From contig CBDBBI010000010.1 in NCBI GenBank assembly GCA_965202625.1, forward strand, positions 1-64,000: DNA of 64,000 nucleotides. The letters are read 5' to 3'. How positions within the stretch are numbered: position 1 is the first letter of the stretch; the number at the start of each line of letters is the position of its first letter. Below are positions 48,248-57,130 of the stretch, in pieces. Below the pieces are notes generated by a model, which was not told the DNA's origin, ran no database searches, and saw only the letters and a list, made by a program, of their open reading frames with translations. Position numbers and translations under genes: made by a program. The stretch comes from a bacterium. Its GTDB lineage: Bacteria > UBA8248.

Positions 48248-49108
48248 ATGTCCAAAACTTTCACACTTCTTCTTGTTCACGCCCATCCAGATGATGAGTG
48301 TAGCGGGACGGGCGGGCTGATTCTCAAGAGCACGAGCGAGGGGCATCGCGTCATCCTCATCACCTGCACCAACGGCGAGATGGGCGAGGTGCGGCATCTC
48401 GACTTCCGCCTGGACCCGGACTCCCCGAAGGACAGAGACAGACTCGGGGAGATCAGGATGGGAGAACTCGCGCGGGCGGCGCGGATATTGGGGATTTCAA
48501 GGGTTCACCCTTTGGGCTATCGAGACTCCGGCATGGACGGCTGGGAGGGGAATCAGCACCCCGAGGCGTTCATCAACGCGCGCAGGGATGCTGTCGTGGA
48601 ACGGCTGGTGGGCTACATACGCCGCTACCGTCCGGATGTGGTCGTCACCTACAACGAGAAGGGCGGGTATGGGCATCCCGATCACGTGATGGCCAACAGG
48701 GTCACGACGGAGGCGATAGAGGCGGCGGGCTCCGCCCGATTCCCCAAGGGGGAGGCGTGGCGGGTGACCAAGTTCTATCACACAGCGTGGGCGCGCTCAA
48801 AAATGTTGCGTGCCTGGCGTTGGATGCGATTTCTGGGACAGAAAACGCCGCTGGACGATCCGGATTTCGATGAGGATAAGTTCGGTACTCCGGACGCGCT
48901 CATCACCACCCGCGTGAACATCAGGAGGCATCTGCGCGGTAAATGGCGCGCTCTCACTGCGCATCAAAGCCAAATCACGGGCAATTTCTTCTGGTGGTTC
49001 ATCCGGATGACGAGCCGTTGGCTCTACAACGAGGAGTCCTTCGTTTGCGTGTGCTCACACGTCAAGGTGGGCGAAAACGAGACCTCGGTGTTCGACGGCC
49101 TATTCTGA
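48248..49108 (+). CDS. PIG-L family deacetylase/amidase, Mca/MshB-like
   Basis: VHAHPDDE, TCTNGEMGE, LGYRDSGM, RPDVVVTY..KGGYGHPDH, AHQSQ. Confidence 0.9.
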   Translation: MSKTFTLLLVHAHPDDECSGTGGLILKSTSEGHRVILITCTNGEMGEVRHLDFRLDPDSPKDRDRLGEIRMGELARAARILGISRVHPLGYRDSGMDGWEGNQHPEAFINARRDAVVERLVGYIRRYRPDVVVTYNEKGGYGHPDHVMANRVTTEAIEAAGSARFPKGEAWRVTKFYHTAWARSKMLRAWRWMRFLGQKTPLDDPDFDEDKFGTPDALITTRVNIRRHLRGKWRALTAHQSQITGNFFWWFIRMTSRWLYNEESFVCVCSHVKVGENETSVFDGLF

Positions 49109-49498
49109 GCCGGTTTGAAGGGGCCGACTGACTTCGATTAAAAAACCGTTCGGGTCTCTTAGCATGAACATGCGTGCCCCCCAGGGGACGTTGCGGGGCG
49201 CGAAGACGACATCCGCCCCTTTTTTGAGGAGCGTGGCGTGGGCGCGGTCCACGTCGTCGGGCGCGAGTGTGAGGACGACGCCGGAGCCTCTGGGCTCGGT
49301 GAGGGGTTCGAGGCTCCATCTCCGCATCTCCGCATCCGAAATCGGCGCGTGTATGACGAGCGCGGTGCCTCTTAGCGTGTAGCACACGTGATTTTTCTCC
49401 CTGCTCGCTTCCTTCAGTTCCAATGTTTCTGTATAAAAACGGCGCGACGCCTCATAGTCTTTGGTGATGAGAAAAATGGCGGGCAGCGATTCGAACAA
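49100..49498 (-). CDS. VOC (glyoxalase/bleomycin-resistance) family protein
   Basis: SRRFY...L, DDVD..H, PWGARMF..RDPNG..IE. Confidence 0.85.
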   Translation of the reverse strand: MFESLPAIFLITKDYEASRRFYTETLELKEASREKNHVCYTLRGTALVIHAPISDAEMRRWSLEPLTEPRGSGVVLTLAPDDVDRAHATLLKKGADVVFAPRNVPWGARMFMLRDPNGFLIEVSRPLQTGSE

Positions 49499-49535
49499 GA
49501 CGAGAACTCCATGGTTTTCGCGTCGGGAGAAAAAT

Positions 49536-50222
49536 ATGCCCCATCCTTTGGTCGAACTGATAGAGGCATCTAAAACCTACGCCTCGGGCGAGTCCATCGT
49601 TCACGCGCTCAAGAACGTCAGCTTTTGCGTGGAACAAGGGGAGTTTATCACGATTGCGGGCCCGAGCGGGTCCGGCAAAAGTACGTTTTTGCGCCTCATG
49701 GGCGCGATCGACGTGCCATCGAGCGGCGCGGTCTTTTTTTGCGGGCGGGAAATATCGCGCTTGAGCGATGAGGGTTTGAGCCGTATTCGGCTGAGAGAGG
49801 TGGGTTTCATCCATCAATTTTTTCATCTGATGCCGACGATGACCGCCTATGAGAATGTCGCGCTACCCCTGGTGTTGCAAGGCAAAAAACGGGCCGAGTC
49901 CGGGGAGTTGGCGGAAAACGCCCTGGTGCGCGTGGGGCTGGAAAGCCGGATGCGGTGCTGGCCGAGACAACTCTCCGGCGGCGAGATACAAAGGGTGGCC
50001 ATCGCTCGCGCCGTCGTCCACGAGCCCCGCCTCATTCTTGCCGACGAGCCGACGGGGAATCTCGATTCCGAGAACTCACGCAACGTTCTGCAACTCGTCT
50101 CGCAACTTCATCGAGAAAATGGCTTTACGATTGTCATGGCGACCCATGACAAGATGCCCTTGCGGTACGCTACCCGAAGCCTCGAGATAACCGACGGACG
50201 CCTGAGGGCGGCGGACCGATGA
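49536..50222 (+). CDS. ABC transporter ATP-binding protein (LolD/MacB-type)
   Basis: [38 protein letters not shown]. Confidence 0.95.
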   Translation: MPHPLVELIEASKTYASGESIVHALKNVSFCVEQGEFITIAGPSGSGKSTFLRLMGAIDVPSSGAVFFCGREISRLSDEGLSRIRLREVGFIHQFFHLMPTMTAYENVALPLVLQGKKRAESGELAENALVRVGLESRMRCWPRQLSGGEIQRVAIARAVVHEPRLILADEPTGNLDSENSRNVLQLVSQLHRENGFTIVMATHDKMPLRYATRSLEITDGRLRAADR

Positions 50223-52810
50223 TCGCTATGGGCGCGCTTTTGCGCCTTCTCGTCTGGCGTCGCCTGCGCGAGGAGCCGTTTCGCTTCCTGCTCACAACTC
50301 TGGGCATTGCGTTGGGCGTCGCAGTGTTCATCGCCATCAAACTCGCGAACGGAGCGGCCGTCCACGCGTTTCAGAGCAGTTTGACGGCGGTTTCCGGAGA
50401 AACGCATCTTGAGGTTTACGCGGGCGATCTGGGTGTGGATGAGGATTTGATTTTACGGCTTCGGGCGATGCGGGAAGTGAAGAGAGCCACGCCGGTCTTC
50501 CAGAGACACGTTTGGGCGCGGAGGGGCGGCGTCTCCGAGGCGAGGTGGCGACGCGGCGCCTCATCGCAAGGGCGGACGGTACTGGTCCTGGGGCTTGATC
50601 TGCTGGGGGACAGCGATTTCAGACGCTATGTGTTCGAGAAAAAGTATTCGCGCGAAGAGACGCTCTCGCGCATCGCCGACCCCCGGGGTTTGTTCATCGC
50701 CCGCGCTGCCGCCGATGCGCTGGGCGTCGGCCTAGGCGATTTCGTCGAACTCGAGGCCGCGCGGAGGGTGCGTTTGCGCGTTCGGGGAATCCTGAAGCCG
50801 AAGGGAGTGGCGAGGGCGATGGACGGCCGCCTCGTAGTGATGGACGTCGGCGTTGCGCAAGAGGCATTCGAGCTTTTCGGCCGTTTGGACCGCATCGATA
50901 TCATCCTCAAAGATGAAAGCGAAATCGCGCCGATTCGCAAGAAAATTCAAGGGTTTTTGCCGCTCGGGGCGGTGGTCGAGCGCCCTGCGCGACGCGGGCG
51001 CGACGTGGAGAAGATGTTGGCGTCGTTTCATCTGAATCTCACGGTGTTGAGCGTCATGGCGCTCCTGGTGGGTTGTTTTCTCATCTACAATGCGATGTCC
51101 GCCTCCGTATCAAGACGCAGGGGCGAGATCGCCACTCTGCGCTCGCTGGGTATGCGGGCGCGAGCGGTCCTGCTCCTGTATGGGGCAGAAGCGCTTTGTA
51201 TCGGCCTGGTCGGTTCGTGTCTGGGCGTCGCGCTTGGAGTGTTCATGGCGCAGGGCGCGCTTTTGGCGATCTCGCAGACGATCAGGAATCTCTACGCGTT
51301 TTTGGAGGTGGGCCACGTTCCCCTGGCGCCCGCTACGCTTCTTTCGGGGCTGGGCGTGGGGGCGGGAGTCTCTCTCGTTTCCGGAATTTTTCCGGCGGTT
51401 GCGGCGTCCCGCCAGACTCCCCACCAAGGCTTTGTGGACGGGCGGGGCAAAGTGGGAGCGCGTCCGGGCACCATCGTGATTTTGCTTGCAAGCGCCCTCG
51501 TCATGGCCCTCATCGCATACTGCCTGAGCCAGCAGGCGTGGAGAGGCGCGCCCCCTTTGCCCGGTTATCTATCGGCGGCGGCGGCCATTTTGGTCACCAC
51601 GCTCTCAAGCTTGCCGGTTGTTTTGCTCGGGGCTTTCGTTTTCAGGCGAATTCTGGGCGGAACCGCGAGGGGGTGGCTCGCCGCGCATAGCTTGGGGAGA
51701 CACCCGCATCGAAACGGCGTCACGCTCTCCTCGCTGGCGATCGCCGTGGCCATGCTGGTGAGCCTCATCGTTATGACAGAGAGTTTTCGCGCCACCGTAG
51801 AAATCTGGACCCGCCAGACGCTCAAGGCGGATTTCTACGCCGCCCCGGCCTCCCAGTTCATCCAGGGCTCCCGGGCGAGCTTTTCAGAGGATGTGCTTGA
51901 CGCGATACGAAGCGTTGAGGGCGTCGCGGCGGTCGATGGCTTCAGGGCCATACGACTGCCCTGGCGTGGGGAGCGCATCACTTTGGCCGGCAGTGATTTT
52001 CGCATCGTGGCCCGAAGGAGCCGACTGTTGTTTCTGCGTGGCGACTCGGAGGAGACGCTCGCGCGAGCGCGCTCGCGCGGCGAGGCGATCGTAACGGAGA
52101 CTTTCGCTAACGCGCACGGCGTGAGGGAGGGAGACGTCATTCGGCTTCCGGCCCCGGTGGGCGAGGTCGCGCTTCGGGTGGCGGGCGTCTATTACGATTA
52201 CACCACGGACCGGGGTTACGTCGTGGTCGATCGAGAGTTTTTGAAAAAACGTTGGCGAGACGCCCGCTTGAGTTCTGTGGCGATATATCTGAAAGAGAGC
52301 GCGCGACTCGAAGAGGTTCGCGAATCGCTGAACAACGTTCTGGACCCCACGATCGTCTTGATCTCCAACGCCGCCTTGAGAGAGCGCGTCTTGAGCGTGT
52401 TCGATCAGACGTTCGCCATCACATACGCGCTGGAGTTTGTCGCCGTTCTCGTGGCATTGTTCGGAGTCGCCACGGGTTTGAGTTCCAACGTCTTGGAGCG
52501 CGTCCACGAAATTGGCGCGCTGCGCGCGATGGGCCTTACCCAAAGGGGCGTCGCGTCCATCATCATGGGGGAGGCGGCCATTCTGGGAACGCTCTCGGTG
52601 TTGAGCGGCCTGGCCGCCGGGGCGTGCCTGGCTGCGGTTTTGGTGATCGTCATCAAGCAAAGTTTCGGCTGGACGATACAGTACGTTTTCTCATGGAAAG
52701 GGGTGGGCGTTTATCTTCTCGTCGTGGTCGCCGCCTCGCTGGCCGCAGGCTGGCTCCCCGCGAGAATCGCCGCGAGACTCCCCATTCGCGAGGCGATGAG
52801 CGCGGAATGA
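50219..52810 (+). CDS. Double FtsX/MacB-type ABC permease (AttF/G-like)
   Basis: Two repeats of TM1, large periplasmic domain, TM2-4, with RR.EIATLRSLG and ER..EIGALRAMG. Confidence 0.9.
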   Translation: MIAMGALLRLLVWRRLREEPFRFLLTTLGIALGVAVFIAIKLANGAAVHAFQSSLTAVSGETHLEVYAGDLGVDEDLILRLRAMREVKRATPVFQRHVWARRGGVSEARWRRGASSQGRTVLVLGLDLLGDSDFRRYVFEKKYSREETLSRIADPRGLFIARAAADALGVGLGDFVELEAARRVRLRVRGILKPKGVARAMDGRLVVMDVGVAQEAFELFGRLDRIDIILKDESEIAPIRKKIQGFLPLGAVVERPARRGRDVEKMLASFHLNLTVLSVMALLVGCFLIYNAMSASVSRRRGEIATLRSLGMRARAVLLLYGAEALCIGLVGSCLGVALGVFMAQGALLAISQTIRNLYAFLEVGHVPLAPATLLSGLGVGAGVSLVSGIFPAVAASRQTPHQGFVDGRGKVGARPGTIVILLASALVMALIAYCLSQQAWRGAPPLPGYLSAAAAILVTTLSSLPVVLLGAFVFRRILGGTARGWLAAHSLGRHPHRNGVTLSSLAIAVAMLVSLIVMTESFRATVEIWTRQTLKADFYAAPASQFIQGSRASFSEDVLDAIRSVEGVAAVDGFRAIRLPWRGERITLAGSDFRIVARRSRLLFLRGDSEETLARARSRGEAIVTETFANAHGVREGDVIRLPAPVGEVALRVAGVYYDYTTDRGYVVVDREFLKKRWRDARLSSVAIYLKESARLEEVRESLNNVLDPTIVLISNAALRERVLSVFDQTFAITYALEFVAVLVALFGVATGLSSNVLERVHEIGALRAMGLTQRGVASIIMGEAAILGTLSVLSGLAAGACLAAVLVIVIKQSFGWTIQYVFSWKGVGVYLLVVVAASLAAGWLPARIAARLPIREAMSAE

Positions 52811-53922
52811 AAAAAAAGATCGCTTGCCTTTCGGTAATCATCGCCATCCTCGCTGGGAGCGCGGCGCGCGCGTATTCGGGGAGTTGGCGCCGGGCCCTTC
52901 CCGGCTATCGTTACCGCTTTCCCCGAGACCATGGCGCGCATCAGGAGTTCAAGACGGAGTGGTGGTATTTTTCCGGAAACTTGAAGGGCGCGCACGAGCG
53001 AAGATATGCGTTTATGCTCACGTTCTTCAGGACGGGGCTTCGGCCGGAAGCGCCTCGAAAATCAAGGAGCCGCTGGGCGTTGAGAAATCTGTATTTCGCG
53101 CACTTCTCTGTGTTGGACGCTAAGCGTGGCAGGCATCGGTTTTTCGAGCGATTCAGCCGAGGTGCTCTGGAGCAGGCGGGCGCGTCGGAGGAGGGTCTCG
53201 ACGTCTGGATTCGCGATTGGCGCGCCAAGAGCGTCGGTTCAGGAGACGCACTCTCGCTCAGCATAAGCGCGGCGGCCCCGGGGACGCAGTTGCGCCTCAC
53301 GCTCAAACCCCAAAAGCCCCTCGTGATTCACGGGGAGAGGGGGGTGCACCAAAAGGCGGAAGTTCCTGGCCGCGCCTCACACTATTATTCCTATTCCAGG
53401 CTCCTTGCCACCGGCGTTCTCGAAGTGGGGGGCGAAACCCTCAACGTGCGAGGCACCGTATGGATGGACCATGAATTCGGCTCTTCCCAGCTGACGAAAG
53501 ATCAGGTGGGGTGGGATTGGATGAGTCTCCAGTTGTCCGATGGCCGGGATTTGATGTTGTATCTTCTCAGGCGAAAGGACGGGAGCCTGGAGCCTTCGAG
53601 CGGCGGCACGCTGGTGGAGGCGGACGGGCGCGCGAGACGGCTGCGCCTCGGGGAATTCAGATTCAAGGTCACCGGCCGTTGGAGGAGCGAGAAAAGCGGG
53701 GCGGTATATCCCATAGAATGGGAGATAGATATCCCCGCCCACGACCTTCGCTTGCGGGTGCGTGCTTATTCCCACGCGCAGGAGATCGACTCCCGCTTTA
53801 CCATGATCATCTATTGGGAAGGGGGAGTTTTCGCCAAAAGCCTCTCTGGCGAGAACGATCTCACGGGTGCGGGATTCGTCGAGATGACGGGCTACGCCTC
53901 TAAGGGGCGGCCAAGGTTCTAG
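52807..53922 (+). CDS. Secreted AttH/CrtC-like lipocalin-fold protein
   Basis: Signal peptide; FPRDHGAH.EFKTEWWYFSGNL, SHYYSY, WMDHEF, GWDW.SLQL, YP.EW, YWEG, GFVEMTGY; ATGA overlap with the permease. Confidence 0.9.
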   Translation: MKKKIACLSVIIAILAGSAARAYSGSWRRALPGYRYRFPRDHGAHQEFKTEWWYFSGNLKGAHERRYAFMLTFFRTGLRPEAPRKSRSRWALRNLYFAHFSVLDAKRGRHRFFERFSRGALEQAGASEEGLDVWIRDWRAKSVGSGDALSLSISAAAPGTQLRLTLKPQKPLVIHGERGVHQKAEVPGRASHYYSYSRLLATGVLEVGGETLNVRGTVWMDHEFGSSQLTKDQVGWDWMSLQLSDGRDLMLYLLRRKDGSLEPSSGGTLVEADGRARRLRLGEFRFKVTGRWRSEKSGAVYPIEWEIDIPAHDLRLRVRAYSHAQEIDSRFTMIIYWEGGVFAKSLSGENDLTGAGFVEMTGYASKGRPRF

Positions 53923-53980
53923 TTTTTTCTTGAGGCGACCCCCCCCTCCGGGGGCGTTTTCAGGTGTGGGGAGATGTGCG

Positions 53981-54916
53981 ATGGCGGAGAAGGGCGGAAT
54001 CGGAATCATAGGTCTTGGCCTCATGGGAACGGCCATGAGCCAGAAGTTGATGGAGGCGGGATACCGCGTGCGCGGCTTCGACGTCGATCAGAGCAGGCTC
54101 GACGCGCTCGCCGCCGGCGGGGGTGTTCCTGCGGTATCTGCCGCCGAGGCGGCACAAGGGGCGGAGTTCGTGATCCTCTCCTTGCTCTACAGCCACGTCG
54201 TTCGCGAATCGTGTCTGGGCGCGGACGGCGTCACCGGCGCGGCCCAGGATGGCCTCATCGTCATCGACACGTCCACCTCCAGCCCTGACGAATCGCAAAG
54301 GCTCGGTGCGGACCTGCGCCGCGTGGGCGTCGGCTTTCTCGACGCGAGTCTGAGCGGTTCGCGCAACAATGTGCTGGAGGGGAACATCGTCTCTGTGGTC
54401 GGGGGAGAGGCGCGGGATTTCGAGGCGGCGCGGCCGGTGCTCGGAGCGTTCGCCCGCTCTATCCACCACGTGGGCCCCAACGGCGCCGGCGCCCGGACGA
54501 AGCTTGTCATCAACCTCGTCTTGGGCCTCACCCGCTTCGCCCTTGCGGAAGGACTGGTTCTGGGTATGAAGTCCGGGCTCGATATGGAGGGCTTGCTTGA
54601 TATGCTTCGGGACAGCGCGGCCTACAGCAAGGCCATGGACCAGCGCGGTCCCCGAATGATTCATGCGAATTACGAGAATCCGCTCTCCCGGGTGAAGCAG
54701 CACCACAAGGACGTGCGCCTCATGCTGGATCAGGGACAGAAGGTGGGCGCGCCCATGCTGCTCAGCGCGGTGCATCAGCAAGTGCTACAGGCCGCTGAGA
54801 TGGACGGGCTCGCCGACGCGGACACGGCGGCCATCATTGAGGTATTGAGGCGGATGGCGGGCATTCCCTCTCGCCAGGCGCGTGGGGAGGCTCACCCCGA
54901 TGGACGCGCGGGCTGA
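53981..54916 (+). CDS. NAD(P)-dependent beta-hydroxyacid dehydrogenase family protein
   Basis: GIIGLGLMG, IDTST, DASLSG, catalytic K in GARTKLVIN, KDVRL. Confidence 0.88.
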   Translation: MAEKGGIGIIGLGLMGTAMSQKLMEAGYRVRGFDVDQSRLDALAAGGGVPAVSAAEAAQGAEFVILSLLYSHVVRESCLGADGVTGAAQDGLIVIDTSTSSPDESQRLGADLRRVGVGFLDASLSGSRNNVLEGNIVSVVGGEARDFEAARPVLGAFARSIHHVGPNGAGARTKLVINLVLGLTRFALAEGLVLGMKSGLDMEGLLDMLRDSAAYSKAMDQRGPRMIHANYENPLSRVKQHHKDVRLMLDQGQKVGAPMLLSAVHQQVLQAAEMDGLADADTAAIIEVLRRMAGIPSRQARGEAHPDGRAG

Positions 54917-54918
54917 CC

Positions 54919-56511
54919 ATGAAAACAGCGTCGCCTGTTGAATTGAAGGAGTTGATGAAAAGCGGCGTCGCGCACGCGGTTCTTGATGTGCGCGACCCGA
55001 TGGAGTTTCATGAAAAGCAGATTTTCTGGACGACGAACGCCCCGCGCGGCGCCATCGAATTTTTGGCCTCGCGCCTTGTCCCCGTGAAGGCGACGCCGGT
55101 AGTTTGCCTGGACGAGGGAGGTCCCAGAGCCGGGCGCGTCGGTGCCCTTCTGGAGGAAGGAGGCTATGCGGACGTCCGGGTGCTGGATGGCGGATTGCGC
55201 GCGTGGGAGGCCCAGGGCTTTGTGACGGTCTCCGGCACCAACCTGCCGAGCAAGGATTTTGGCGAGCGGATTCACGTGGAGAACGACGTGCCGGAGATCA
55301 CCGCCATAGCGCTTTACGCGCTGATCGAGAGCGATACGCCCCCGCGCATATTCGACACGAGGACGGAGGCGGAATTCGAGCGCTTTTGCATTCCCACGGG
55401 GCGGAGCCTGCCCGGAGGCGAGCTTATCCTCCACGCCTGGGACTTGAACCAGGACAAGGAGACTCCGCTCGTCATCAACTGCGCGGGCCGCACCCGGAGC
55501 ATCATCGGGACACGGGCGCTTCACCGGCTCGGCGTGACGCACGCTCGCGCGCTGAAAAACGGAGGCATGGGCTTCATGCTGGAGGGCTTGCGGCTTGAGA
55601 AGGGAAAACCGAGTGAGGTCCCGACACCCTCTGAGAGGAGCCGCGCCCACGCAGAGGTGCTGGGGGTACGGGTGGCGGAGGAGGAGGGAATCCCCTTCGT
55701 GTCGGTTCCGGAGTTGATCCGCATGCAAGAGAGGTCGGAGAGCGAGACGGCGTATCTCCTTGACGTGCGCTTGGCGCCCGAGTTTGAGGCGGGCCACGTT
55801 CCGGGCGCGATCTCCATCCCCGGCGGACAGGCCGCGCAGCGCACGGACGAGGCGATAGCGGTGCGCTCCGCGCGAGTGGTAACCTATTGCGACAAGAATG
55901 CGCGCGGCGTCATGGCGGCTTATTGGCTGCGCCAGATGGGGCTCGACGTCAGCGTGCTGCGCGGAGGGTTCGAGGCGTGGCTGGAGGCGGGAGGGGCGAT
56001 AGAGAAAGAAGACGCCGCGTCCGCCGGAGAAGGCCCGGGCGAGGCGCAAGATGTTCTCCTCCTGACGGAGGCGCGGAAGCGGACCCGCGCCTACGCTCTC
56101 CAGGAGGCGCAGGCGGGAGCGAGCGACGCGATTCTGGACGTGGACCTGAGCGCTTCGTATGAGGGGGGACATCTGGCGGGCGCCGCCTGGGTCGCCAGGG
56201 GGTGGCTTGAGGAGCAGGCGTCTGCGCAAGTAGGCGACAAGAACGCGGCGGTGATGCTCGTCTGCGAGGATGGACGCAAATCCGCTTTGAGCGCGTTGAC
56301 GCTTCAAAGGCTCGGATACGCGAACGCGGGCTACCTCAAAGGCGGCAAGGGCGCCTGGCGAGCGGCGGGCCTTTCTCTACAAACGGGGTGCGCGGGCACA
56401 GCGGAGAAGCCAAAGGACGTTCAGCGCAAGCCATACGACATCGGTCGAGGCGCGATGGAGGATTATCTCGCATGGGAGGAAGATTTGGGGAGGAAATACG
56501 CGCGAGAATAA
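54919..56511 (+). CDS. Four-domain rhodanese-like sulfurtransferase
   Basis: Four repeats beginning LDVR/FDTR/LDVR/LDVD and ending L.GG..AW; NCAGRTRSIIG active-site loop in domain 2; C-terminal YLAWE. Confidence 0.9.
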   Translation: MKTASPVELKELMKSGVAHAVLDVRDPMEFHEKQIFWTTNAPRGAIEFLASRLVPVKATPVVCLDEGGPRAGRVGALLEEGGYADVRVLDGGLRAWEAQGFVTVSGTNLPSKDFGERIHVENDVPEITAIALYALIESDTPPRIFDTRTEAEFERFCIPTGRSLPGGELILHAWDLNQDKETPLVINCAGRTRSIIGTRALHRLGVTHARALKNGGMGFMLEGLRLEKGKPSEVPTPSERSRAHAEVLGVRVAEEEGIPFVSVPELIRMQERSESETAYLLDVRLAPEFEAGHVPGAISIPGGQAAQRTDEAIAVRSARVVTYCDKNARGVMAAYWLRQMGLDVSVLRGGFEAWLEAGGAIEKEDAASAGEGPGEAQDVLLLTEARKRTRAYALQEAQAGASDAILDVDLSASYEGGHLAGAAWVARGWLEEQASAQVGDKNAAVMLVCEDGRKSALSALTLQRLGYANAGYLKGGKGAWRAAGLSLQTGCAGTAEKPKDVQRKPYDIGRGAMEDYLAWEEDLGRKYARE

Positions 56512-56559
56512 CCGCCGCACAGGCTTCCGTTTCCACTCAGGCGCGGCGAGCTGGGGGAG

Positions 56560-56982
56560 TCAGTATGTAGCGACTCTTTTCGCTTCCAGGGAGGCGATGA
56601 CCTCCATCTCCAGGTTTTCGTTGAAAATGCGCACCTGCTTAGGGATGGTAAACAAATCCACGAGCACCCATACGAACAATACGCACCCGGCGAGGGTGGC
56701 CAAGGCCGAGAAAAACAAAGAAAGGGAGCTCCGTGGGGCAGAGAAAAGCAAGGAAAAGATCAATATCAATGGAGCGATGATGTAAATCATGCCCATCTCG
56801 ATTTTGCCCAGATAAAACTTGTGCAAACCCAGCCAAGAACCGAGAAAACAAAGGCCATATGTGACGCCCGTTGATTTCCTTTGGCGGTCGAGTTCGATGC
56901 TCAGGATATGGAGTTCCCGCTCGCTCATCTCGTTTTTGAGTGTGATAAGCCTTTCGCTTTGGTTGATTATCGATGGTCTCAT
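56560..56982 (-). CDS. TM2 (NINE) domain membrane protein
   Basis: KS..VTY.L...G.LGLHKFYLGK, two TMs, W..VDLFTIP..V. Confidence 0.85.
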   Translation of the reverse strand: MRPSIINQSERLITLKNEMSERELHILSIELDRQRKSTGVTYGLCFLGSWLGLHKFYLGKIEMGMIYIIAPLILIFSLLFSAPRSSLSLFFSALATLAGCVLFVWVLVDLFTIPKQVRIFNENLEMEVIASLEAKRVATY

Positions 56983-57130
56983 CCTTTGATGTTCCCCTTC
57001 TCCTTTGCGCCCCATTCTTCGGCGGGGCGCTTCAAAAAATCAAAAAATATAGCAACGTTTCATGTGCTGTCCAACCTGCGGCGATGGAGGGGTGCGCGGC
57101 GGTGGGAGTGAGAAGCGGCGATCCTCGGCA

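Noticed and set aside
52252-52806. Long N-terminal extension of the AttH-like ORF
   Set aside because: Overlaps the permease in another frame; the signal peptide starts at ATG 52807
54892-56307. 471-aa - strand ORF
   Set aside because: Antisense shadow of the rhodanese gene
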